NCBI GenBank assembly: GCA_039586795.1
Contig: JBDHJS010000004.1
Location: forward strand, 80,055-144,054
Length of the DNA stretch: 64,000 bases
Direction of reading: 5' to 3'
Source: Gemmatimonadota bacterium
Lineage (GTDB): Bacteria; Gemmatimonadota; Gemmatimonadetes; Palauibacterales; KS3-K002
Shown: in pieces, positions 38,846-49,116 of the stretch
Layout of the letters: each line of letters starts with the position of its first letter
Numbering within the stretch: the first letter of the stretch is position 1
The notes under the pieces: generated by a model
What the model was told of the DNA's origin: nothing
Database searches by the model: none
What the model saw: only the letters and a program-made list of their open reading frames with translations
Translations under genes and position numbers: made by a program

Positions 38846-41800
38846 TCAGTGGTTTCCGGTTGCTACCAGTTCACGTTGTTCTTCCAGGATTCGTTCTAGA
38901 GCCCCGACTACTATCGGCGTGACGTCTTGCGCGCCCGGCTGGCGGAACACGAGCGAAAGCGGCTGCAGGCGCCGCACTTCGACCTCGACTTCCTGGCCGG
39001 CCATGGCGTCTCTCAGGGACGTCAGCTTGGGCATGGTGCCACGTCGGAAGTTAACACGAGCGGAGTCCGCTGTCGCCAGCACCCGCTCGACACCCAGCAA
39101 ACCGCCCAGAATCCTTATACGGGAGGCGGCGATCAGGCGCCCTGCCTCGTCCGGGAGTGGCCCGAATCGGTCCCGCAGCTCCGCCGTCAGGCCTTCCAGG
39201 TCCTCCAGTTCGCTGGCGCGTGAGAGACGGCGATACAGTTCCAGCTTCTGGCCCTCGTCCGGGATGAAGCTGTCCGGGATATACGTGGCGCCGGTTACGG
39301 AGACCTCGGGGATCGGCTGTCTGGCGGCCGGCCCGTCTTCGCCGGCGCGCAGAGCGGTGACGGTGTCCTCTAGCAAGCGCAGATACGCATCGAACCCGAC
39401 GGCCTGTGCGAACCCGGACTGCTCCGCGCCCAGCAAGTTGCCAGCGCCTCGAAGCTCGAGGTCTTTGAGGGCCAGACGGTAACCGGCGCCCAGCTCCGTG
39501 TGCTTCTCCAGTAGCTGGAGACGGCGTTCCGTTTCCGGCGGCAGATTCGGCGGTATGACCATGTAGCAGAAGGCACGCTGATGCGAGCGGCCGACCCGGC
39601 CGCGCAGCTGGTAGAGCTGAGCGAGACCGAAGTAGTCGGCGCGGTGAATGATCATCGTGTTGGCGTTGGGCAGGTCGAGACCGTTCTCGATGATCGCGGT
39701 GGCGACCAGCACGTGGATGTCACCGCGGACGAAGTCGGTCATAACCTTCTCGAGTTTGCGTTCAGACATCTGGCCGTGGGCGATCTCGACCCGCAGGTCC
39801 GGGGCGAGGCGGCGCACTTTGGCGGCGACTTCCGGTATCGACTCGACGCGGTTGTGCACGAAGAAGACCTGACCGCCGCGGTCCACCTCGAGCCGAATCG
39901 CATCCTCGATCGTCTGATCTTCCCACGTGATCATGTGCGTGATGATCGGCTGACGGTTACGCGGCGGAGTTCGAATCACGGCCAGGTCGCGCAATCCGCT
40001 GAGAGATAGGTGTAGCGTGCGGGGGATTGGTGTCGCTGTCATTGTCAAGACGTCGACGTTCTGACGTAACGCCTTAAGGTGTTCCTTCTGTCCAACTCCG
40101 AACTGCTGCTCTTCATCAATCACCAGTAGACCGAGGTTCTTGAACTTGACGTCGGGCGAGACCAGGCGATGCGTGCCGATCACGATATCAACTGACCCAT
40201 CCGAAACGCGGCTTACTATCTCCTCTTGTTCCTTCTTCGTGCGAAAACGAGAAAGCGACTCGACGACCACGGGGTATTCAGCCAGCCTGGCGCGGAAGGT
40301 CTGCAGGTGTTGCTCCACGAGAACGGTGGTTGGTGCGAGTACCGCGACCTGCACACCGTCCTGCACCGCCTTGAATGCAGCGCGGATCGCGATCTCCGTT
40401 TTTCCGAAACCGACATCGCCGCAGATCAGCAGGTCCATCGGTCGATCGTTCTCCATCGACCGCTTGACCTGCTTAGAAACCTGTTCCTGGTCCGGCGTGT
40501 CTTCGTGAATGAAGGCGGACTCCATCTCACGCTGCCAGCGCGTGTCCGGGCTGAATGGGTGGGCCTCCGTCACTCGCCGCCGCGCGTACAATTCGAGCAG
40601 CTCGGCGGCCATGGTCTGAATCGCGTCCCGGGTTCGTTTTCTGAGCTTCTGCCAACTCTTGCTCCCCAGTCGATGCAACTTGGGGGCTGCACGCTCACCA
40701 TCCTCGAAGTCCGATATCCAACGCTCTACAAGGTCGGCCCGGTAGTGGGGAACACGAAGCACGTCACCGCCGGCGTATTCGAGGACCAACGTCTCGAGCT
40801 CCTCGCCTCCGACCTTGACCCGCTCGAGTCCACGATATCGGCCGATACCATGATCGAGGTGCACCGCGTAGTCGCCTGGCGTCAGCGCCGACAGCGTGTC
40901 GAGTGCCGCCCGGCTGACGGCGCGTGGCCGTCGCCGCGGCCGTCGGGCGCGGCGGAAGATCTCGTGATCGGTGAACAACCAGAGCGGTGGTTCCGCGGAG
41001 GGTATCACGAACCCACCGGCCAACGGTCCGAGTCCAAGCGAGATTCTCTTCAGGCTATCGGCGCCTGCCGCATCCTCGAGGATCTCCTCCAGCCGTTCGA
41101 GCTGGCCTTCGTTGTCGCAGAGGATGACGACCCGGGAATTTCCATCGAGGGCTTCGCCGACAGAGGCAACAAGTCGGTCGATATGGCGGTCGATTTCAGG
41201 GGCCGGTCGAATGCTGAAGTCGATGTCAGCGCTCTCATCGGGGCCGGCTATGCGAAGTCGACGGAATCGTGCCAACCGTTCAATGACAACGGCAGGTGCG
41301 TGTTGGTAGCGTTCCGGCGTCTCAGAGCGGCGCGCTAACTCATCCCAACTGTTGTGACGTTCGCGTTCCTCGCTGGGCGCGTCGACTTGAAGCACGAGCG
41401 TAGACTCAGGTAGGACATCCAACAGGCTTCCGTATACGCTGGCGTCGTGAGACGCGGCAGCGCTCGCGTCCTCTAAGCGTGGGAAACGCACGGGGAGCAG
41501 TCGCGCAGTATCCAGTTCGGCGATGGAGCGCTGGTCGAGTACGTCGAACGATCGAATAGACTCGATCCGATCGCCCCAGAACTCGATACGAAGCGGATCC
41601 AGAGTCGTTATTGGATATACATCGACGATGCCGCCACGAATGGAGTACTCGCCAACCGCCTCGACCATGGAGGCCTTTCGATAGCCGGCCTTTTCGAGGG
41701 ACGAGATGAGCTCGGCCCTATCCACCTCTTGCCCTGGTGCCAGCCGGATCTCGAGTTCCGTCCATCGCGACGGCAGAGCGAACAGCTCGCTCAGCGCACG

Positions 41801-42160
41801 ACCCGTCGTCACGAGAATTCGCGAGCGGTTCGAGAGGTGTGCTTGAAGCGCGTCGACGCGCCGTGCCGAGATCTCGATGTGGGGATCGTCCAGCTCGGGG
41901 TGAACCGCCTCGCGCTGCGGGAAGACCCGTGATCGATCGGGGACGAGCGCTTCGAGATCGGCCTCGACCTCTTCGGCGGCAGGTGTGGACGGCGCAACGA
42001 AGAGCAGACTGCGAACGGCTCCGGATTCGACCAGCGCGGCCGCCAGCGCGACGGCTGAAGACCCGCCCAGCCCCGTGAGGACCTGCTCGTACCCCGGGCG
42101 CGGCAGGCGATCGGCCAGCCGGCCAAACTCCGGCATGCTGCGCAGACTATCTATGATCAC
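38846..42160 (-). CDS. mfd: Transcription-repair coupling factor
   Basis: RGGIVDVY, VHLDHGIG, GDVGFGKTE, DEEQ, TATPIPRT, QLRGRVGR. Confidence 0.97.
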   Translation of the reverse strand: MIIDSLRSMPEFGRLADRLPRPGYEQVLTGLGGSSAVALAAALVESGAVRSLLFVAPSTPAAEEVEADLEALVPDRSRVFPQREAVHPELDDPHIEISARRVDALQAHLSNRSRILVTTGRALSELFALPSRWTELEIRLAPGQEVDRAELISSLEKAGYRKASMVEAVGEYSIRGGIVDVYPITTLDPLRIEFWGDRIESIRSFDVLDQRSIAELDTARLLPVRFPRLEDASAAASHDASVYGSLLDVLPESTLVLQVDAPSEERERHNSWDELARRSETPERYQHAPAVVIERLARFRRLRIAGPDESADIDFSIRPAPEIDRHIDRLVASVGEALDGNSRVVILCDNEGQLERLEEILEDAAGADSLKRISLGLGPLAGGFVIPSAEPPLWLFTDHEIFRRARRPRRRPRAVSRAALDTLSALTPGDYAVHLDHGIGRYRGLERVKVGGEELETLVLEYAGGDVLRVPHYRADLVERWISDFEDGERAAPKLHRLGSKSWQKLRKRTRDAIQTMAAELLELYARRRVTEAHPFSPDTRWQREMESAFIHEDTPDQEQVSKQVKRSMENDRPMDLLICGDVGFGKTEIAIRAAFKAVQDGVQVAVLAPTTVLVEQHLQTFRARLAEYPVVVESLSRFRTKKEQEEIVSRVSDGSVDIVIGTHRLVSPDVKFKNLGLLVIDEEQQFGVGQKEHLKALRQNVDVLTMTATPIPRTLHLSLSGLRDLAVIRTPPRNRQPIITHMITWEDQTIEDAIRLEVDRGGQVFFVHNRVESIPEVAAKVRRLAPDLRVEIAHGQMSERKLEKVMTDFVRGDIHVLVATAIIENGLDLPNANTMIIHRADYFGLAQLYQLRGRVGRSHQRAFCYMVIPPNLPPETERRLQLLEKHTELGAGYRLALKDLELRGAGNLLGAEQSGFAQAVGFDAYLRLLEDTVTALRAGEDGPAARQPIPEVSVTGATYIPDSFIPDEGQKLELYRRLSRASELEDLEGLTAELRDRFGPLPDEAGRLIAASRIRILGGLLGVERVLATADSARVNFRRGTMPKLTSLRDAMAGQEVEVEVRRLQPLSLVFRQPGAQDVTPIVVGALERILEEQRELVATGNH

Positions 42161-42187
42161 CAGTACTTCTGCTGCTTTCTACGATCG

Positions 42188-44146
42188 TCAGTCACTGTCC
42201 GTTTTGGTTCGCGGTCTTTCCTCGCTTCGGCGCCCCGCCGCCGCGAGGCTGGCCTCGACAATAGAAAAGGCCAGGAGCAGCGCAACAAGAGGGGTCCAGG
42301 CCAGTCGCCCACGGCGAGCTCGGTAGATCACTCGTTCCCAGCCAGCCACGTCGGTGTTCGCTGACCAGACCCAGTCGGCTGCCGGGAAGGTCGCCTCCAG
42401 GGCCTCCGCCGAGCCCGCCTCGAGATCGGACTCGAGGAGCGGAGCGTTGACGGAAAAGGCCTGAATCACGTTGGCGTCATCGAGCACTGAATAGTTGCCA
42501 GGTTGCGCCGTGTCCAACCAGGCGCCGCCCTCTGCGGTCTGGGTACCCTCTCCGCTTCGAATCTCTCGCGCTCGACTGGAGAGCCGTACCGGGCCCGCTT
42601 CGTGGTACGTCGCTACGGTGGCGATGCCGCCCCGCGCCCAGTCGCCCAACAGGATATCGAGGAACGGCACCATCCCGGCGCTTGCTGGCAGGTCCGTCGC
42701 TTCCGCCGTCAGAGGAGAGGCAAGGAGAAGATATGCCGCACCCTGGGACGTGGTTCCGCGTACTAGCCAGGGCTCACCGCTGGCGAGGCCGACCAGCGTC
42801 GTGTCGGCGGCAGCGGTCCCGGACGGCATCAACCGATAGAAGGAACGTACCTCGAGGCCGGTCAACCCCGGCACGTCCGAACCGGCGATCCGCGATGCAC
42901 CGGTTTCGCGATCGGTATCGTAGCGCCAGGGAATTCGTGCCCGCGCCAACCGAGCGTTGAGGCGCGGGAGATCGAGCGGGCTGGTCGGAGGGATGACGAG
43001 GACCGATCGGTCGCCGGCGAGCCCCTCGCTCACGCGTTCGCCGCCCGCCGACACCCAGACTTCAGCTGCATCCGGTTCGGTTTGTCGCAGGCGTCGGCCT
43101 GCTTCGAGCGCCTCCAGCGCGTTGATCAAGAAACCGCCGGCCGTGCCCACGGCGGCGACCTCCACCGTCGGCCTCACGAACCACGTGAAGTAGCGTCGAT
43201 CATCGGCGGCGAGACCCTGGTTATCGATCTCGACGTACCCCTGCACCCACCCGCTTTCCTGGGGAGGCATACGAATTAGAGCTTGTCCACCGTAAATCGC
43301 TTCGCCAATCGCGATGACGTCTTCTTCACTCACCAACCTCACTACAACAGGGTCTGTCGGCTCGTCAGTACCAAACCAGTGAAGCGGCACCATGATCGTT
43401 GTGTGACGACCTGCACTGAGCGGGACGACTTCCGGGATAGGGCGGCCAGGCGTTCCGTTGGCCAGCACCGGCAACCGTGGTACGAAAACGACGACGCTCA
43501 TCTCTGTTTGAACGGCGACTCGTCCTGGCTCGCCGGTCTCAACGGGTAGGGACACGGCTTGCAGGTCGGTGAGCAGCTGGATCTCGAGTTGTCTGCCTTC
43601 CGCAACCGACTGGAGCCACTCGGTGGCTGTTTGAGCGGCGCCGCCCAGGTCGGCCATTCCGGCTACGGGACGGAGTTCCGACAGGTGGGAGCGGATCGCC
43701 GTGACACCGGAGATCGCTACCTGGTCGGGTCGTACCGCCGAGAAGAACGCAACGCGATCGTCTCCAGTGGACAGATCGAGAGTCCGAGAAGCCCGCTCGG
43801 CGAACAGGTCCAGCAGCCGCTGGCCTTCAATGATCCGGCTCGAGCTCTGCGAGTCATCGATGATGATAGCCAGTGCGGTTGGATGGTGATCGGCCGCGCC
43901 GCCGCGACCGAGCAGTGGGCCCATCGCCGCGAAAGCCAGCAACGCGACCATCACCATCCGTATGGCAAGCAAGGCCAGGTGTCTGAGCCGCAGACGACGC
44001 GCGTGCCTTCGTTCTGCCCGACGCAGATACCGGATCGCCGGAAAGGCGAGACGTTTCACATCGCGACGTCGTATCAAGTGGAGAACCACCGGCACCGCTA
44101 CGGCCAGCGCTGCGAGGCCGAGAATGGGATAGAGGAAGCCGATCAT
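42188..44146 (-). CDS. BatA-N/vWA domain membrane protein
   Basis: VPVVLHLI..FPAIRYL BatA motif, DDSQS MIDAS-like, LLTDLQ; ATGA overlap with DUF58 gene. Confidence 0.8.
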   Translation of the reverse strand: MIGFLYPILGLAALAVAVPVVLHLIRRRDVKRLAFPAIRYLRRAERRHARRLRLRHLALLAIRMVMVALLAFAAMGPLLGRGGAADHHPTALAIIIDDSQSSSRIIEGQRLLDLFAERASRTLDLSTGDDRVAFFSAVRPDQVAISGVTAIRSHLSELRPVAGMADLGGAAQTATEWLQSVAEGRQLEIQLLTDLQAVSLPVETGEPGRVAVQTEMSVVVFVPRLPVLANGTPGRPIPEVVPLSAGRHTTIMVPLHWFGTDEPTDPVVVRLVSEEDVIAIGEAIYGGQALIRMPPQESGWVQGYVEIDNQGLAADDRRYFTWFVRPTVEVAAVGTAGGFLINALEALEAGRRLRQTEPDAAEVWVSAGGERVSEGLAGDRSVLVIPPTSPLDLPRLNARLARARIPWRYDTDRETGASRIAGSDVPGLTGLEVRSFYRLMPSGTAAADTTLVGLASGEPWLVRGTTSQGAAYLLLASPLTAEATDLPASAGMVPFLDILLGDWARGGIATVATYHEAGPVRLSSRAREIRSGEGTQTAEGGAWLDTAQPGNYSVLDDANVIQAFSVNAPLLESDLEAGSAEALEATFPAADWVWSANTDVAGWERVIYRARRGRLAWTPLVALLLAFSIVEASLAAAGRRSEERPRTKTDSD

Positions 44147-45063
44147 CCGAGACGCGCGCGTGTGTGCAGGTACTCGCCCAGACCAAGGGCTAGCGGTTGG
44201 TCGCTCGTTATCAGGTGATAGTCCATCCCTTGGGTACCGCAGCTTCGCCGCCACTTGTCGATTGCTGAAGCTACGGCCTCCCGATACTCAGAACGAAGAT
44301 CAGCGGAGCTGGCCACGATCTCGTCGCCCGTCTCAGGGTCGACGAAAACGGCGTCGCCGATACCCGGTAGCTCCAGTTCGCCGGGATCGAGGATATGAAA
44401 GACGAGCACTTCGTGGCCGCGGTGTCGTATCTTTCGCAGAGCACGCCGCGTCGCCCGCTCCTCCACCAGCAAATCCGAGATCAGGATCACGAGACCCCGG
44501 CGTCTCACTCGCGATGACAAGTCCTCCAGCGCGGTTTCGGCCGCGCTCAGCTGCCCAACCGGCTGCTCGATCAGCCGGCTCACCAGTTCCATCCAATGCG
44601 CTACCGTCCCCCGTGGTGGAAGTGATCCCAGCACCTTTTCCGCAAAGCTGACGAGGCCGGCCAGGTCACCCTGCCGAATCAACAGTAGGCTTAGGCTGGC
44701 GGCTAACCGTTTCGCGTAGTCGAGCTTCGTGATGAGCCCATCATGGCTGCGCCAGTCCATCGAGGCGCTAACGTCTAGGCAGATATAGGATGCCAGGTTC
44801 GTCTCTTCTTCATATTGTTTCAGGTAGTAGCGGTCTGAGCGGCCGTACATCTTCCAATCGACGAACCTGAGATCGTCCCCGGGTCGGTAGGCTCTATGTT
44901 CGGCAAACTCGACGGAGAAGCCGCGGCTCGGACTGGCGTGAAGGCCGGAGATGAAGCCGCGAACAACAGACCGGGCAATGATCTCGAGGCCGCCCAGCGC
45001 GTCGAGCTCGGCGGGATCAAGGAGATCAGGTCTGTCCTGACTGTGGCCCGTACTTACAGGCAT
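44143..45063 (-). CDS. DUF58 domain protein
   Basis: GFSVEFAEHRAYRPGDDLRFVDWK, DVSASM. Confidence 0.92.
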   Translation of the reverse strand: MPVSTGHSQDRPDLLDPAELDALGGLEIIARSVVRGFISGLHASPSRGFSVEFAEHRAYRPGDDLRFVDWKMYGRSDRYYLKQYEEETNLASYICLDVSASMDWRSHDGLITKLDYAKRLAASLSLLLIRQGDLAGLVSFAEKVLGSLPPRGTVAHWMELVSRLIEQPVGQLSAAETALEDLSSRVRRRGLVILISDLLVEERATRRALRKIRHRGHEVLVFHILDPGELELPGIGDAVFVDPETGDEIVASSADLRSEYREAVASAIDKWRRSCGTQGMDYHLITSDQPLALGLGEYLHTRARLG

Positions 45064-45244
45064 ACTCGTGTTTGGCCTCGAGGTTTGGTGTTGCCCAGGC
45101 ATATGCCGGGTTTGGAAGCAGAAAGATAACCGTCGGGACGGCTAACGGGCCATTCAGGCGTGGGTCCGTCTGGGGGTTGCTGTTCCGGCCACATCGGATA
45201 GGAATTCAGTACACGCTTGGGAACGAGTTGCTGGGGGAAAGTCT

Positions 45245-46720
45245 TTGAGAGCCAAGAACGCTACAATCGTCTTCATCGGCCTGGCTGGCCTTTACTGGAG
45301 TTGCCGGGCGGCGCCAGGATCGCAGGAACGGACGGTCGACATCACCGAAGGGGACATGCAGGCCCGGGTGCACTTCCTTGCGGCCGATCGCCTCGAGGGC
45401 CGAGCGACGCCTTCCACCGGGCTGGATATCGCCGCGGCCTACGTGGTGTCGGAGTTCCAACGGTTCGGACTCGAAGCGCCGGCGGGTGGCCACGAACAGC
45501 GCTATCGGCTGGCGATGACCGAGATGGGAGATGGCTGGTCTCTGGTGCTTCGGCGCGGCAGCCGGCGTGCGACGCTTCGGCACTCTTCGGACTACTGGGG
45601 TCTGCCGTGGGCGGCCGGCAACGTGGCCGGCCGGTTGAGATTCGTGGGAAGCTCGCCACCTGCCGGATTGGTCGAGACCGACGGTCCCACGGTTTGGGTC
45701 GCCCGTCTCGCTCTCGGCGCTCAACCACGCTACTGGCTGCGCGCAGCGGCCGATGCTGGCGCGGCCGGCCTGATCTTCACGCTGCCATCGGATGTCGAGA
45801 CGATCATGCGTGAGATGATCGGCTCTGGGGATATGATGTACGAACTGGGCGACGTTGAGGCGAGCCTGCCCGCGGTGTTGATCAGCGAGACGGCTTTTGC
45901 GGGAGCATTCGAGCAGTTAGGCCTCCAGACGCAGACCGCCAACGCGTCAGCCGACGGCAGCGTGATGAGCGCTCGTGTCGAGATCACAGCGGACCTTCAG
46001 GTCAGGACGTCCGCGGCTCCAAACGTCGTCGGCATCGTGCGCGGCAGAGATCAGAGCTTGCGGGATCAATACGTGTTGGTCAGCGCCCACATGGATGGGT
46101 TGGGTGTCGGTCGACCGGTAGACGGTGATTCGATCTATAACGGCGCCGATGACAACGCGTCCGGCACGGCAGCGGTGCTCGAGGTCGCGGAGGCGATCGC
46201 CGCGCTCGATGTCGCTCCTCGACGGTCGGTCATATTCTTGCTGGTCAGCGGTGAGGAGAGGGGCCTGCTCGGTTCTTCATGGTTTGTCGAGCACCCACCG
46301 ATCCCGCTCAACAGGATCGTCGCCAACGTCAACGTGGACATGATCGGGCGTAATTGGGAGGATACGATCTCGATCATCGGCAAGCCTTACTCGACGTTGG
46401 GCACGACGATCGACAGCGTGGCAACCGCGCACCCGGAGCTCGGCATGGCGACCGTCGGAGATCGCTGGCCGTCGGAAGGCTTCTTCTTCCGATCCGATCA
46501 TTTCAACTTCGCGCGGAAGGGCATACCGGCGGTCTTTCTGTTCAACGGCGTTCATGAAGACTACCACATGCCCTCCGATGAGGCGGACAAGATCAAGTTC
46601 GGCAAGGCGACTCGCATCGCGCGGCTGATCTATGAGGTCACGCTGGCGCTGGCGAACGCCGAGGAGCCGCCGCGTTGGGACAGAACAGCTCGAGAGAGGA
46701 TCGTCGAGGAATCGCGGTGA
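45245..46720 (+). CDS. M28 family peptidase (probable lipoprotein)
   Basis: SAHMD, NGADDNASG, GEERGLLGS, RSDH, DYH. Confidence 0.92.
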   Translation: MRAKNATIVFIGLAGLYWSCRAAPGSQERTVDITEGDMQARVHFLAADRLEGRATPSTGLDIAAAYVVSEFQRFGLEAPAGGHEQRYRLAMTEMGDGWSLVLRRGSRRATLRHSSDYWGLPWAAGNVAGRLRFVGSSPPAGLVETDGPTVWVARLALGAQPRYWLRAAADAGAAGLIFTLPSDVETIMREMIGSGDMMYELGDVEASLPAVLISETAFAGAFEQLGLQTQTANASADGSVMSARVEITADLQVRTSAAPNVVGIVRGRDQSLRDQYVLVSAHMDGLGVGRPVDGDSIYNGADDNASGTAAVLEVAEAIAALDVAPRRSVIFLLVSGEERGLLGSSWFVEHPPIPLNRIVANVNVDMIGRNWEDTISIIGKPYSTLGTTIDSVATAHPELGMATVGDRWPSEGFFFRSDHFNFARKGIPAVFLFNGVHEDYHMPSDEADKIKFGKATRIARLIYEVTLALANAEEPPRWDRTARERIVEESR

Positions 46721-47607
46721 CGCGATTTGGTCCCGCCGGCTGGAGTTATGACGACTGGCAGGGCATCGTCTATCCTCGATCGCGACCGAAGTCGTTCGAT
46801 CCACTGTCGTTCCTGGCCCGTTACTTCGATACGATAGAGATCAACTCCACGTTCTATCGGCCGCCCAGACCGGATGTGCCACCTCGTTGGGCTAAGCGCG
46901 TCGCCGACAACCGCAACTTCAAGTTCACGGTCAAGCTGTGGCAGCGATTCACGCATCAGCGTGACAGCGCCTGGACGGCTGACGAAGCGGGGGCAGTTCG
47001 TGCCGGCCTCGAACCCCTGGCCGAACGTGACCGGCTCGGCGCCGTTCTCGTCCAGTTCCCGTGGTCGTTCAAGTCCAGCGATGCGTCAGTGGAGTGGCTG
47101 GGGGACATCGTAGCTGAGTTCTCCGACTTCCCACTCGTCATCGAAGTCCGCCACGCGTCCTGGAATCAGTCCGACTTCCACCGGTGGCTGAACGATCGCA
47201 ACGCCGGATTCGTAAACATCGACCAGCCGCTCTTCAGCCGCTCCATCGGCCCGAGCGCCGAGGCGAGCGGGCGCGTCGGCTATGTCAGACTGCACGGCCG
47301 CAACTACGAAGACTGGTTTCGGGAAGGTGCGGGCAGAGACGCACGCTACGACTATCTGTACTCGAGTCAGGAGCTTGAGCCGTGGGTCGAACGAATTAAG
47401 GAACTTGCCGAAGGCGGAGTCGTGGAGGATGTGTACGTCGTAACCAACAACCACTTCCGGGGCCAGGCCGTCGCCAACGCGGTCATGTTGAGCTCGATGA
47501 TACGCGGCCAGAAAGTCCCGGCCCCTGAAGAGCTGTACAACGCATTCGCCGACCAACTGGCTCCTTTCGCCCACCCCGATACCGGCCCGCAATCAAGCCT
47601 ACTGTAG
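46717..47607 (+). CDS. DUF72 (YecE-like) protein
   Basis: GWSYDDW, IEINSTFY, YVRLHGRN, RYDYLYS, NNH. Confidence 0.92.
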   Translation: MTRFGPAGWSYDDWQGIVYPRSRPKSFDPLSFLARYFDTIEINSTFYRPPRPDVPPRWAKRVADNRNFKFTVKLWQRFTHQRDSAWTADEAGAVRAGLEPLAERDRLGAVLVQFPWSFKSSDASVEWLGDIVAEFSDFPLVIEVRHASWNQSDFHRWLNDRNAGFVNIDQPLFSRSIGPSAEASGRVGYVRLHGRNYEDWFREGAGRDARYDYLYSSQELEPWVERIKELAEGGVVEDVYVVTNNHFRGQAVANAVMLSSMIRGQKVPAPEELYNAFADQLAPFAHPDTGPQSSLL

Positions 47608-47665
47608 ACCTGATATCAGGCCAGACTCGTCGCCCGTCACGTACGACGACCGACGGACGTCGGGT

Positions 47666-47769
47666 GTCGAACGTCGATCGCCCAACAGGAATCGAACGTC
47701 GAGCGCCGGCTGTCCGCTGTCGGCTGTCGAGATGAGAAAAGGCCGGCTCGAAGAGCCGGCCTTTATCCT
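47666..47769. repeat. 104-bp dispersed repeat (family B, copy 2) with terminator-like hairpin
   Basis: Matches 29509-29612; also lies between convergent genes. Confidence 0.9.
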
Positions 47770-47796
47770 TTGTCTCCACACCCAGCCATACTCGAT

Positions 47797-49104
47797 CTAG
47801 TAGCCCACCCCCGGCCAAACGCTAACCGAAAGCGATGCCGCCACCCCATCACCGGCGCCGATCCCCCATCTCCCGGCGGAGAAATCCACATGAACGGGGC
47901 CAGCATAGATCCCGATGCCGCCGGTGATCGCCAGATTGTTGAAGTCCGTAGCCAGGCCGAGCCGAAGCGGCAGAACTGAAATCGGCCGCAGCTCGGCGCC
48001 GAGCGAGAGCTGACGCTCCCAACGGGCGCGCAGCGAGCCGCCGAACAGTTCCTTGTAGTCAGCCGAAAACGTGAACAGCGGACTCATGTACCACGCCGCG
48101 GCGAAGCGCAGTTTCGTGGCAACATCCGCGTTCTCGAGGAACCCTCTGATCCGCTGTTGGTCCTCTGTGCTCAGCTCACTGAACGCCAGCGTCGTGTCGG
48201 ACGCAAAGCTGCTGTCGAAGGCCTGGTAGGCGCTATACTGGGTGAGCTCAAAGGCGTCCTCGTTCCACTGGATGTCCGAGAAGAGGTTGGCTACCGACAC
48301 ACCGAACACCCAGCTACTCCACTCCATCGCGGCGCCGAGATCGGCCGCCCAGACGCGGCCTGCGTCGATCTCGGTACTCACCAGCGCCTCGGCCTCGACG
48401 TTGAGCGTCAACGGATTGGCGGTGAGTAGACTGCCTTCATCGGAGACGCGGAACAGGCCGTTCGCCATCCCGTACTTTACCGTGCCACCGACTGAGAACT
48501 TCATCCCCAGGTGATCGAGAGCCGGGATCGTGAACGGTTGGGCGTAGGAGACGTAGCCACCACTCAAACTCCAGCCATCGGCGTGCGACCCGTCGATGCT
48601 GAAATCTCTGCCGGCGCCATCCTCACCCACGTTACCGAACAGGACGAGCTCCGCCACGTCAGCAGAAATCTCTACGTTTGTAGCCCCGGTGCCGCCGAAG
48701 CCGAACGCGAAACGCCAGATACTGAAGCCCAGCACATTGGCGCCGAGATCGGCGTTGAGCTCGAGCATTCCGTCGCCGCTCGACCCGCGTATCTCGTCGA
48801 GCAGTTCCGTCTTCCTCGCGTCGTCGAGATACTCACCGTAGAGATCCTCGATCTGGCCGTAGCTCAGCGAGTTGTTGTCGATGTAGCCGTTGACGCCGGC
48901 AATTCCGACTGACCAATCGGGTGCGTCGGAGAGCCCCAGGTTCGCCGGGTTCCAAAACGGAGACTCGAATCCGCGGGCCCGAGCGCCGAACGCGTCGGCC
49001 ACGCCAAAGCTCCTGGCGCTAGGTGTCGCCATCTGGGCGCTCGCAGCAGCGGCGGAGCAGGCGAGCAATGCCAAAACGATCGTCGTCGTATGATGCCTTC
49101 TCAT
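47797..49104 (-). CDS. Outer-membrane beta-barrel protein (DUF5723/TraF-like)
   Basis: Signal peptide, ARSFG..WNPANLG N-terminal motif, amphipathic strands, LPLRLG. Confidence 0.65.
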   Translation of the reverse strand: MRRHHTTTIVLALLACSAAAASAQMATPSARSFGVADAFGARARGFESPFWNPANLGLSDAPDWSVGIAGVNGYIDNNSLSYGQIEDLYGEYLDDARKTELLDEIRGSSGDGMLELNADLGANVLGFSIWRFAFGFGGTGATNVEISADVAELVLFGNVGEDGAGRDFSIDGSHADGWSLSGGYVSYAQPFTIPALDHLGMKFSVGGTVKYGMANGLFRVSDEGSLLTANPLTLNVEAEALVSTEIDAGRVWAADLGAAMEWSSWVFGVSVANLFSDIQWNEDAFELTQYSAYQAFDSSFASDTTLAFSELSTEDQQRIRGFLENADVATKLRFAAAWYMSPLFTFSADYKELFGGSLRARWERQLSLGAELRPISVLPLRLGLATDFNNLAITGGIGIYAGPVHVDFSAGRWGIGAGDGVAASLSVSVWPGVGY

Positions 49105-49116
49105 TGCCGCGCCCCC

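Noticed and set aside
40226..41338. 370-aa plus-strand ORF (likewise 33452-34408 and 60912-61949)
   Set aside because: Antisense to mfd, ftsX and the toast-rack gene respectively; no independent evidence.
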